Made by a program: the position numbers and the translations under genes | Source of the DNA: a virus | Taxonomy: Duplodnaviria > Caudoviricetes | Virus record (IMG/VR): IMGVR_UViG_2639763148_000001 | Location: 4,351-68,350 of that record | Length of the DNA: 64,000 nucleotides | Strand: one strand, 5' to 3' | Shown: positions 18,801 to 27,600 of the stretch, one piece after another | How the letters are laid out: each line of letters starts with the position of its first letter | Position numbering within the stretch: the first letter of the stretch is position 1 | Notes under the pieces: model-generated | Seen by the model: the letters and a program-made list of their open reading frames with translations, nothing else | Database searches by the model: none | What the model was told of the DNA's origin: nothing

Positions 18801-20920
18801 GGGGCCGGGGCCTGGCCCCAGAACGCGGCGTTGGACAGGATGGCGCCGGTCTCGGCGTTCTGCCACGACTCGATCGCGCCGGCCTCGCAGATCGGCGACC
18901 ACAGCTCATCCGTGCAGAGGGTGGTGGTCTCATCCACGGTGACGACGCAGGTGTCATCGTCCGTGGTCGCGGTGGCGCGCAGGTCGGGGCGGTCGATGTA
19001 CGCCCTCATGTCGGTGAACAGGCCACCGCGGTTCGCCCCGAACGGGTTCGTCGTGGACAGCGCCAGGGTGTAGGTAGAGCCGCCGTTGAGCGGGATCGTC
19101 TGGGAGAACTGGGTCCAGGCGTTCGGGCCGCCGTTGCTGGTGACTGACGGCGGGTTGGTGACGTCGTCGATCAGGTCGCCGTTCTGGGCGTCGTCCGTGT
19201 CGCCGTTGTCCAGCGTGATCCGGTGCGTCTCGCCGGGGTCACGCGAGCCGTGCACCACCCGGATGATGAAGTTCGCGGACGCGGGCGCCACGAACGTCTG
19301 CCAGATCGTCGACAGGCCGCCAGGGGGCGCGCCGTCTGACGTCATCTCCTGGACCGGGGTACCGCGCGGGGTCGGCGTGACGTTCTGCCCGTTGACCTGG
19401 TCGGCGCCCCAGATTTCGAAGGTGCGACCGATGTCGTTGGTCTCCCAGCCGCGGTTCGCGACGTTCGTGCAGTTCGCCCGGTTGGCCGGTTGGTTGATCG
19501 GGTACGTGTTGTTGTCCTGCCGGCCCAGCAGGTGGAAGCCGTAGTTGCCCTGGGACACCGGCGGGTTCAGCGGCGGGGTCTCGTTGTACGCGGGGTTGGT
19601 GACGAGGTCCTGGCCGCCGTTGTAGACCAGCTCGATCAGGTCCGGCGGGCTCTGGTCCAGGCGCAGGCACTCGATGTGGATCTGCATCGGTGCGGCGGTG
19701 CCGCAGATCACCTGACCGGCGTTCGGGTTCGTGACGGTGACCGTCGCCGCTGACGGGACACGGGCATCGATGAAGCTCGTGAGGTCCTGGCGGAACTGCT
19801 CGCCGTCGGGGTCGGCGACGTCCCAGACGATGTTCGCCGCGCTCGTGACCTGGTCGACCTGGAGCGACTGGACCGCGAATCCCGGGTTGATCGGGAGGGT
19901 GATGTCGTACTGGCGGCCGGGGTGGTCGACCGGGCCTGTGGCCGTGGTGGTGCGGTGGAACGCGACAGGCTCCAGACAGCCCGTCTCGCCGGGGCACGGC
20001 ATGAGGGTGCCCTGCGCTACGTAGGGGGTGCCCGTCGCCGGGTCCACGAAGGTAGGCGGACCCGTCGGGGCGCCGGCCGCGTCGTACTCCCACACGGCCA
20101 TCGCGGTACCGGCGATCGTCCCGTCAGGAAGCGTGTCGCACAGAAGGATCTGCTCGACGTCGACCGCGTCCGCCCCGGCGCCGCCCGAGTCACACGGCTG
20201 CGGGTTGAAAGGCGGCGTGGTCACGGGTGCCTCCTGGGTGGTGAACGAGCACTCCGGGGTGACGAGGTACTCGCCGGCGGTCTGTGCCTGCTCGGTGAGC
20301 CGGGCTCGGTAGTAGTACGTCGTCCCGGCGGTCAGCCCGGTGAAGCTGTGGTCGGGCGCGAAGGAGACGACCGGCTCCGAGGGTGCAGCGGTGTACGGGC
20401 CGCCCGGGGCTGTGGCGATCTCCCAGACGATGGAGTCCTGGTTGCAGGGGGCGGTGATGTTCGTGCGGCCGGAGATGGCGCCGAGCGTGACGTCGGCGGT
20501 GGTCTGCGTCGTCGTCGGCCCCAGGCACGTGAAGACGGGGTACGCCTGGGTGTGCGTCGGCCCGCACACGAAGCGGTCGACCTCACCGCCGCCTGGGCCG
20601 TGGAGGATGATCTCCAGCCAGTAGTCCGTGTTCGCGAGGAGCTCGGTCGGGCCGCCGACGCCGAACACGGTCGAGTTGACGCCGCCCGGGGCGAGCCGGT
20701 TGTCCGGGTCCGGGGAGCACTCGTTGCCGGGAGAGGTGAGGACGGCCGGGGTGAACGGGCCGAGGGCGGCCGTGCCGATGTTGATCTCGAACTCGTAGTT
20801 CCCGGCCTGTCCGGGTAGCCACGGCGCCGAGTTGATGTCGTGCGTGATCGTCTGGCGCCACCAGTTCCGGTCGATGGCCGCGGTGGCGCCGCAGTCGAAG
20901 AACCCGTTCGGGGAGGCCAT
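15830..20920 (-). CDS. Giant Cys-repeat structural protein (1696 aa) with FN3-like domain
   Basis: ATG 20920; 'FTGLTAGTTYYYR' FN3 signature; at least 10 copies of LCD...F.R...G..Y.P.GTV..C. Confidence 0.75.
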   Translation of the reverse strand: MASPNGFFDCGATAAIDRNWWRQTITHDINSAPWLPGQAGNYEFEINIGTAALGPFTPAVLTSPGNECSPDPDNRLAPGGVNSTVFGVGGPTELLANTDYWLEIILHGPGGGEVDRFVCGPTHTQAYPVFTCLGPTTTQTTADVTLGAISGRTNITAPCNQDSIVWEIATAPGGPYTAAPSEPVVSFAPDHSFTGLTAGTTYYYRARLTEQAQTAGEYLVTPECSFTTQEAPVTTPPFNPQPCDSGGAGADAVDVEQILLCDTLPDGTIAGTAMAVWEYDAAGAPTGPPTFVDPATGTPYVAQGTLMPCPGETGCLEPVAFHRTTTATGPVDHPGRQYDITLPINPGFAVQSLQVDQVTSAANIVWDVADPDGEQFRQDLTSFIDARVPSAATVTVTNPNAGQVICGTAAPMQIHIECLRLDQSPPDLIELVYNGGQDLVTNPAYNETPPLNPPVSQGNYGFHLLGRQDNNTYPINQPANRANCTNVANRGWETNDIGRTFEIWGADQVNGQNVTPTPRGTPVQEMTSDGAPPGGLSTIWQTFVAPASANFIIRVVHGSRDPGETHRITLDNGDTDDAQNGDLIDDVTNPPSVTSNGGPNAWTQFSQTIPLNGGSTYTLALSTTNPFGANRGGLFTDMRAYIDRPDLRATATTDDDTCVVTVDETTTLCTDELWSPICEAGAIESWQNAETGAILSNAAFWGQAPAPVPGPCPAAASSGDGGSVAANLAYTYPVCATVGGVRTNLQRVVITDASGGVLADTFIGPDGGPVPTPSSYDIGSCTDTAFMNDAILCDDNGPFLRKFVQAVSDVGQPQVKAFGNFTLAGAAYAPVGTVRNCGGDTELVELCDVQPTGASIPFVRRLTYDQTGEVISAENQDADGNPYNPTGLVTVCSQVTREHEIVCDDNGPFLRTFVSVGGVSVITTDTLLDGTTPYAPTGTVRICDAACDPVTTTGLCLADGTPIGVVTRRDCDTGTLIQDGWINLLTGAFTAGPPPAGTMSCSSSQSVQVSGIFCDVDGNGDVQGLVLIEYHYAADGTIDSVRLVNATTGATYVPVGTVTTCPADVEQPDADLAILCDIQPDGSSIPFVRDYRRDQNNTITSVSNYTLAGAPYVPTGTVGTCSPTDCTNTTTLLVCDIPTDDPDGAPTVTNTNQQFIPDIPTADFVQRPGGGGALWTGGVINFGPDVSTGPGITQVHRYVAATLQAPAPACTDGTVHVSLSVETQNLGPGAGCSGAGRFRLFRVSDGAVLNAGSTLFGTPVGQTDVLTIEADIAATELDTGNVAVWLDVETFQTGTCAPPDGKQWQARNFTAAYAYNVDGCEIQFFRTVVTDCETGETLATVDTTPEGAPYVVTGEVGACTSSGSSGSPCPCVTADDIGQAVADAQVTADTETQILCDVNAGVATAFRRSTVHDATGTVVTVRDTNLAGTAAYVPTGTVGLCSGRDSESVILCDSAANPNRFIRTYTYNAAGAVTGFTDTTLAGAAFVPTGAVGVCAQTVQSDTDFVEEILCDSAGTAFIRLFRFNSTTGALISTTNTTLAGAAFAPVGAVGLCSDCCGTVIGNGCTNTGSGFYTAIRATNGTISLIDSVSGATILAASIVPCVDDDTPVTLTAQGRVLTNATPWTPGGDVAGTLTSLTVTGTSGLWDLVDANGTALTGLPAGLTLTWNAEDNNQLTGPVSVTPQAGATVVANWTQR

Positions 20921-20922
20921 GA

Positions 20923-21405
20923 TCAGGCCCCTTCGGGGTGCTTCTGGCGGCGGTGCCCGGCGAGGCCTCGCTCCGTCGCGTACGGGCGGCCACAGTCCTC
21001 GCACTGGTGGTCGCCGGCCGCGTCCTCCGCAGCCTGGGCGGTCTCCTCGCCGTCCGTGAGCTCCGGCATCGGGGAAGCGTCCAGAGCGACGGCGTCAGGG
21101 GCGTACGCCTCGTCGGGGAGCGCCGGAAGCGCCTCCCCCACCTCTTCGTCGGTCCCGATCTCCACCACGTCGGTGAAGGCGAGCGGCGCGACAGCGGGCG
21201 CCGCTGCGTCCTCGTCTGGCGAGACGTAGCGGTGCCCGTCAACCATGGAGCCGATCAGCAGCTCCTCGGGGATGTCCTGGAACGCGGCCGGGGGGACGGC
21301 GAACGACGTACTCGACAGCGTGCGGACCTTCGGCCGCTGCTGGGTGGCCCACTCGGCGAACGCGCGCCGCTTCTCCGGGGTGGGCTTCACACGAATCACG
21401 ATCAC
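20923..21405 (-). CDS. Hypothetical protein with C-terminal C2H2-like zinc finger
   Basis: 160 aa; 'CEDCGRPYATERGLAGHRRQKH'; GGAGG SD. Confidence 0.7.
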   Translation of the reverse strand: MIVIRVKPTPEKRRAFAEWATQQRPKVRTLSSTSFAVPPAAFQDIPEELLIGSMVDGHRYVSPDEDAAAPAVAPLAFTDVVEIGTDEEVGEALPALPDEAYAPDAVALDASPMPELTDGEETAQAAEDAAGDHQCEDCGRPYATERGLAGHRRQKHPEGA

Positions 21406-21415
21406 GGTTCCTCCG

Positions 21416-22234
21416 TCAGCACAACGTGACCCGTACGGCCGCGGCGCGGCAGCACGCGATCTCTACGACGAATCCGGCTTCGACCAGCACCCTGCGGTCG
21501 TTGGTGCGGATGTCCACGGACGCACCATCGGTGTCCGGTACGGGCACGGGAGCTTCGCGGCGGATCCGGATGGGGCTGGTGGCGTACAGCCACGCCTCGC
21601 CCGGGTCCGGGACGGTGCAGTCCGGTGGGCCGACGTTGGCCGCATAACCGGAGCCCAGGACGATGCAGTTCCCGACCAGGGTGCGCGGGGCGCCGGTGTC
21701 GGTGTGGACGATGTTGCAGCAGCCGAGGAGCGCCCCGACGCCGACAGGGACGTGGAGCACTCCGGTGCCGCCGTACTCGGTGCCCAGCCAGGTCTCCAGG
21801 ACGCCGACGCCCTGGGCGACGGACACGGCGCCGGCCGCCGGGGTCAGGTCCTCGCCGATCTGGCACAGCACGTTGGTGAGGAACCACTCTTCGAGCGCCC
21901 GCTGCTCCCCCATCCGGAGAGTCTCGGTGGCGTGCTGCAGCGCCTCGCTGTACGAGAAGCCCGGGGCCGAGCACTCGGCCCCGGCGTAGATCGTCACCGG
22001 CGCAGCCGAGCAGACCTCGGGGCGGGTGAACTCCTTCGCCGGGACCGTCTCGTTGTCGGGCGGGCACCACGTGGTGTCGTGGGCGTCAGCGCACGACAGC
22101 GGGAGCCACTCGGTCCCGAGGAGCTCGTGGGTGTCGGTGACGTCGATGACCGTGGTGCAGCCCGTCAGGATGCCGTGCGGCAGCGGGTTCCCTGGGACGG
22201 CCTCGACGTACCGGCGCAGGCCTGCTGAGGGCAT
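21416..22234 (-). CDS. Second capsid protein (major capsid pentamer-like)
   Basis: 272 aa directly after the MCP; 'GEQRALEEWF', 'YGGTGVLH', 'WLYATSP' as in cluster-B-type pentamer proteins. Confidence 0.65.
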   Translation of the reverse strand: MPSAGLRRYVEAVPGNPLPHGILTGCTTVIDVTDTHELLGTEWLPLSCADAHDTTWCPPDNETVPAKEFTRPEVCSAAPVTIYAGAECSAPGFSYSEALQHATETLRMGEQRALEEWFLTNVLCQIGEDLTPAAGAVSVAQGVGVLETWLGTEYGGTGVLHVPVGVGALLGCCNIVHTDTGAPRTLVGNCIVLGSGYAANVGPPDCTVPDPGEAWLYATSPIRIRREAPVPVPDTDGASVDIRTNDRRVLVEAGFVVEIACCRAAAVRVTLC

Positions 22235-22235
22235 T

Positions 22236-22304
22236 TCAGATCCCCCCTGCCGGGCGGCTCGTGCGGCGTGCGGCGGCCGTAGGCGCGTGGCGGGTGTTCA
22301 GCAC
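22236..22304 (-). CDS. Putative 22-codon coupling mini-ORF
   Basis: GAGGAGGTGA SD, GTG start, stop in TGA-A-ATG junction with the pentamer gene. Confidence 0.35.
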   Translation of the reverse strand: MLNTRHAPTAAARRTSRPAGGI

Positions 22305-22380
22305 TGCCTCACCTCCTCGGTGGGGACACGGCGGGCCCGGTCAGGTACACGGGCCCGCCGCGCGCTTCGGGGGGTGGAGG

Positions 22381-24018
22381 TCAGGCCGCGGGGCAGGTCA
22401 GGAGCGTCTGGGCTCCGGACTCGCCGGACGGGCAGACCGGGACGGTGACGAACCGGGTGTCGACGGAGCGGTCGATCAGCGCGACGCACTCCTCGCTGAA
22501 GGTCGCCGTGAAGTCGTTGGTGCTGAAGCGGGTCGAGTCGTGGACCACGCCCAGGTTGACCTCGGCTCCGCGCCCGATCTGGAGCTGGCCCGCCGGGTAG
22601 ATCAGGAAGTTGACGACCGCCGGCCAGTCCGTGGCGGGGGTGGCGCCGCCGATGTCGGTCGGGACGCCCGGGGCGAGACCGCGGGCCCACTGGATGCGGA
22701 CGCCGAGCGGCGTGAACACGGCCTGGACGTCGGCGGTGGTGACCTCTTCGATGCCGACGCCGTTGCGGCGGGCCAGGTCGGCGAGGAAGAGATTCCTCGA
22801 CCACCAGGGGAAGACCACTTCGAGGGCGATCGACTCGCAGAGGCTGTGCCGTTCGATCATGTCGGCGGCCTGGAGCGCGACGGCGGCGAACACCGAGGAC
22901 AGGGCGCCGAACGTGGCGCCGATGGTGACGGCGGTGGCTCCGGCGACCGCCTGGTTGAACAGCTCCTGCCGGATGCGGATCTCGTGCGCGACCATCTGGT
23001 TCCGCAGGTACCAGGCGGTCAGCTCCGGGAAGTGCCTCTGGGTCAGGATGCCGGACTCCAGGCAGATCCCGACGGCCTCGCAGCGGACTTCCAGCGGGTC
23101 CGGGCACGGGATCTGGAAGCAGGGCTTGGTCGCGCCGGCGATGTCGTCGGCCTCGGTGTGCACCCAGGTCAGGGCGGCGACGTCGAGGGTCGGGGTCTTG
23201 AAGTAGCGGAGGCCACCGCGCGCGAGCTGGATCTCGGGCGCGTCCCAGAGCATGTCCGGGCAGGCCACGTCGGCGATGTCGTACACCGTCTCGGACGGCG
23301 CACACCAGCCGCCGGACGCGACCAGGTCGCCCTGCGGGAGGCGCCGCTGGCTCGAGGCCGTCAGCGTGGCCAGCGTGCCTTCGGGGACCGAGCCGGCGTC
23401 GGTGACGATCGACTCCTCCGGGAACGGGTGCGTGTACGAGGCGACCTGGGAGGAGCCGCCGCCGACGGTCTTGAGGGCGTTGGCGCGGGCGATGACGCCC
23501 GCGGTGAGGTCGTCGAAGTTGATCGGGCTGCCGGGCTTGTGGCCGGGGACGTCCACGGACGCGGTGATCCGGGTCACCGGCTTGTCGACCTCGGCGGGCA
23601 GGACCAGGCGCTGGCGGGCGCGGATCGCGGACAGGTTCAGCGCCGGGCGGGCCGGCGGTGCCGCGGCCACGACGGTCTCCGGCTCCGGCTCGTCGGCGGA
23701 AGCGGTGGCCTCCGGCTCGGGCGCGGGGTCGGGCTCGACAGCCGGCTCGACGGCGGCCGCCACTTCCTCGCCGCGCACCTGCGCGGCCAGGGCGTCGATC
23801 TCGGCAGCGGCGGTTGCGGCGGCCTCCAGGCGGGTGGCCTGCTCGGCGCGGATGTCGGTGACGGCCGCCGCGATCGTCCGCATCTCCTCCAGGTCGGTCG
23901 CGCTGACGCTGGTGCTGGTGGAGCGCGCTTCGAACGCGGCGACGGCGCCGTCGAGGAGCGCGGACAGCTCGTCGTCGTTCAGGTTGCTGTAGCTCTCGGG
24001 GAGCTCGAACGGGTCCAT
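22381..24018 (-). CDS. Major capsid protein (hexamer) with N-terminal scaffold-like domain
   Basis: 545 aa; coiled-coil N-terminus; 'ASGGWCAPSETVYD' motif. Confidence 0.88.
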   Translation of the reverse strand: MDPFELPESYSNLNDDELSALLDGAVAAFEARSTSTSVSATDLEEMRTIAAAVTDIRAEQATRLEAAATAAAEIDALAAQVRGEEVAAAVEPAVEPDPAPEPEATASADEPEPETVVAAAPPARPALNLSAIRARQRLVLPAEVDKPVTRITASVDVPGHKPGSPINFDDLTAGVIARANALKTVGGGSSQVASYTHPFPEESIVTDAGSVPEGTLATLTASSQRRLPQGDLVASGGWCAPSETVYDIADVACPDMLWDAPEIQLARGGLRYFKTPTLDVAALTWVHTEADDIAGATKPCFQIPCPDPLEVRCEAVGICLESGILTQRHFPELTAWYLRNQMVAHEIRIRQELFNQAVAGATAVTIGATFGALSSVFAAVALQAADMIERHSLCESIALEVVFPWWSRNLFLADLARRNGVGIEEVTTADVQAVFTPLGVRIQWARGLAPGVPTDIGGATPATDWPAVVNFLIYPAGQLQIGRGAEVNLGVVHDSTRFSTNDFTATFSEECVALIDRSVDTRFVTVPVCPSGESGAQTLLTCPAA

Positions 24019-24083
24019 GCGAGGGTCTCCAGGTCTTCACGTTGGAGACCCGGCCCAGAACCAGCGGTCGACTGAAATAGTAG
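24019..24083 (-). promoter_or_regulatory. Late promoter (-10 TACTAT), leader hairpin and RBS-sequestering stem of the MCP gene
   Basis: GACC-GCTGGTTCTGGGCCG-GGTC; perfect 9-bp GGGTCTCCA/TGGAGACCC stem over GGAG. Confidence 0.62.
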
Positions 24084-24227
24084 CCGCCTCGGCCTTGCAG
24101 AGGGCGCCTGGTCGCGCTACTGCGCGGATACTACGCCTCGGCATCCCCAACCGGCGCGGACGCACTGCACCCCCGGAGCCCGCCCGGGGAAGGGGCTCCA
24201 GGGGTGCAGGTCGATGCGATGCGCGGG

Positions 24228-24404
24228 TCAGTCGGCGCTGAGCGTTGTGACGTGGCTTCCGGGGTAACGCTCGGCCACGACGTGGGCGCTTTCCTCGTCG
24301 GTGCTCTGGTAGACGGAGCGCCCGCTGGCGGCGATGACCGCGTATCGGGGCGGCTTGGGTGCGGGGGGCGTGCCCTTGACGTCGTGGGGACAGTTGCAGG
24401 CCAT
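24228..24404 (-). CDS. Small MACxC protein, paralog 2 (58 aa), probably leaderless
   Basis: MACNC...VIAASGRSVY...VAERYP; TAGACT 7 nt before ATG. Confidence 0.6.
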   Translation of the reverse strand: MACNCPHDVKGTPPAPKPPRYAVIAASGRSVYQSTDEESAHVVAERYPGSHVTTLSAD

Positions 24405-24424
24405 GCCGCCGAGTCTAGCCAGGC

Positions 24425-24631
24425 TCAGGTCGCGGCGTCCTGGCCGTCCTTCGCGACCGGGGTGGTCTTGGGCTTGCTGAGGTCTGTCGCCTTGACCTCT
24501 TGCACCTTGGAGTCGGGGTACCGCTTCGCGACGGTCGTGGCCGTGGCCTGGTTCCCCGTGAACACGGTCCGACCGTTGGAGGCGATCACCTCGAACTGTC
24601 CGGCCTTCTTCTTGGCGCATCCGCATGCCAT
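24425..24631 (-). CDS. Small MACxC protein, paralog 1 (68 aa)
   Basis: MACGC...VIASNGRTVF...VAKRYP; AAGGAG SD. Confidence 0.75.
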   Translation of the reverse strand: MACGCAKKKAGQFEVIASNGRTVFTGNQATATTVAKRYPDSKVQEVKATDLSKPKTTPVAKDGQDAAT

Positions 24632-24632
24632 C

Positions 24633-27600
24633 TCAGGCTCCTTCCGGGGCGGTTGTCGTGGGCTTCGGTGCCGGGGTGAGGACTTGCTCCGACAGGGCTG
24701 CGATCTCGGCGCGCGCCTGGGCGCGGACCTGTGTGCGGATCTCGACGGCCTGGGCCAGCTCGTCCAGGACCGCAGGGTTCATGAGCACTGCGGCAACCGC
24801 CTCGGCGACTGCCCCGCCGACGCCGTCCGGACGCTGTCCGGCCTGGTCGGCGGCCTGCGCCGTGGCCGTGTCCGGGGCGTCCGGGGCTTGTCCGGGCTCG
24901 GTGTCCGGACTGTCCGGAGCGATGTCCGTGGCGGTGTCCACGGTGGCGGCGGACGCTGCGATGGCGAGGTTCGACCGCTCGGCGACGGACGCCAGCAGCG
25001 GTGAGGAGTGCCCGGGGACGGGCACCGTCAGGACCGCCCGCAGTTGCCACTTCCCGCCGGGCTTCGCCTGCCGCAGGTGGTACGACGGCTGGCATGCGGC
25101 GAAGACCTGCCGGTCCCACTCCGAGAGCCACGGGGCCGCGGCGCCGGAGAACCACATGCCGCCGGCCGACATGCCGACCGTGACGATCGCCGCGACTGTC
25201 CTCGTGTTGTCGAACTGGCAGGCCGCCGTCTCGCATTCGCTCGAGTCCCGGTGGTGGCCCACGTTCATGGTCATGGCGCCGACCCTCATGGTCGTGCCGT
25301 CGTCCAGCGGGAACCGTGCCCGCAGGAAGTGGGTCAGATCGATCGCACCGAGGCCGTCGATCGTGACCTTCTTGCCGGGGATGCCCGCGTGGGGCTCACC
25401 GGCCTGGGCGACCCAGCCGTACACGCGGCCGTTCGCGTAGTGCACGCCGCCGGACCCCGGCGGGAGCTCCTCGGCGGTCGGCTCGGCGAACCAGGCGGCG
25501 GGCAGCGGCGGCATGTCGTTCATCGCCGTCCACGCCGACGCCACCAGCTCGTCCTCCGGCTCCTCGACGGCCGCGGCGGTGACGTCGGGGCCTTCGGGGA
25601 TGGAGGACGGGCCGACGTACAGGCCGCGCGCCAGGCGCACCAGGCGGCCGGCTTCTGCCGCTCGTGCCAGATGGCTGCGGGCTGTGCTCACCGGCATGCC
25701 GCAGGTCTTGGCGACGTCGCTGGCGCTGACCGGCACCGGTGACGTGCGGACGAACGTGACGACCTGCTCGTGGCCCTCGCTGGACGCTGCGGCGGCCTTC
25801 GGGGCCGCTGCGCCCTCGTCGCCGCCTTCTTCCGTCCAGGGCGGTCGGATCGAGTCGTCGCCGAGAGCCTTGCCGATCCGCGCGTACAGCGTCTCAACGC
25901 GCTTCTTGATGGCGTCCCGGTCGTCGGGCGGGAGGTCGACGCCGCCCATGCCGCCCTGGAGGACGGACGCGATCGTGTAGACGCCGGCGGGGACGATGTG
26001 CAGCTCGCCGTCGAAGACGTCCGCGAAGGGCAGCTTGTAGGCGCTGGCGGTGGCCGGATCGGCCTCGTCGTCGCGGTACAGGTAGGCCTGCGCGAGCTTG
26101 TCCGCGTCGACCTGGTCCTCATCGTCGGTGGCGTAGGCCAGGATCCGCTTCTTCGCGCCGGGCCCGTCCCACCGCTGGTCGGGGTTGTCGTGGACGGGGA
26201 GTTCAAGGTCGCCGACAGCGGAGGCCGCGAGGTCGCCGACGGGGTCGAGGACGATCCTGGCCCGGTTGTAGGCGGGCATCGCGACGAGGGTCGCGCCGCG
26301 CAGCCGGGCGCGGGTGACACGCATCAGGAGGTCGCCCGTGTTCTGGGAGTGGATGACCAGCCCGTCGCCGGTGTCCGGGTCGCCGGCCGCCGCGGTGACC
26401 GTCCCGGCCTGGCCGATCAGCGAGTTGACGGCGTCGGCGGTCATCCGTCCGCCGGGGCCGGTGATGATCTGGACGCTCTGCTGCGCCCGGGACAGGACGG
26501 TGCCGGAGGCGGTCCACTCGGGGGCCGTCTGCGCGGTGAAGATCCAGGAGCCGTCTTCGAGGCGGAGCATGCTCACGGACGGGAACGTCGCCGACGCGAC
26601 CGCGTACCACTCTTCGTCCTCGTCGCGGGCCACGGCGGGTTCGGGCTCCGGCCGGTGGGTGCGGTCGATGAACTCGACCGACACGTCGTCCAGGTCGACG
26701 CTGACGCCGAGCGGGGCGCCCTCCTCCAGCAGCATCACCGCGTCGGCCCCGGCCGGGCGGCTGAGGTAGATGTCGCCTCGGCCGCCGATCCGGTCGCCGT
26801 TGCGGGTCACCTCCTTGATGGAGCCGACGAGCTCGGCGCCCTCGTGGCCCATCAGCATCTCGTCGGCGTACTGGAGCGGCCACGGTCCGTCCGACCAGTA
26901 CAGGAAGCCTCTGGCGAAGATCCTGCCGTCGCCGGTCTCTTCGTTCTCGTAGGCGAGGGCGGTGCCGTCGGGGGTGGACCAGCCTCGGGTTTCGATGCCG
27001 GCCGCCGTCTCGGTGTCCTGCATGGGTGCCTCCTTCGGGGGGCCGAGCGGGATGTCGGTGTGCTCTCCGGCGAAAGCGATCCGGATCCGGTCGAAGGTGA
27101 CCGGGCCGAGCCGCTCGTTCAGGTCGGCCAGCATGTCCGGGCTGCCGCTGTACGCAGCGCAGACGTGCGGCTGCCAGGGGCTGTGCTGGGTGGGGATGGG
27201 CGGCTGGCGGTGCATGTCCTCCAGGGCGTTCACCGCGATCCAGCGGGCGTTCTCCAGCCTCGGGTCGTCACGGGAGACGTCGCGGTCGTCGCCGACGGCG
27301 TACACCCAGCACGGGCTGTCGGTGTCGGCGTTCCACTGGTTCGCGCCGAACACCCGGGCGGCGAGGGGCTGGGCGAGGTCTTCGACGCGGTCGCGGATGC
27401 CGGCGACCAGGTCGGCGCGGTGTCCCGGGTCCCAGTCGGCGCCCTCGCCGAGGTAGAACAGCGTCAGGTGCAGCTCGTGGGCCGGCTCGCAGCCGGGGAC
27501 GGTGAGGGCGAGTCGGGCGGCGTCCTCGGGCGTCGGCATGAGGGCGATCATCGCGCCCGAGTACGCGCCTGCTGCGGCGGTCACGGCTTCCACACGGTTC

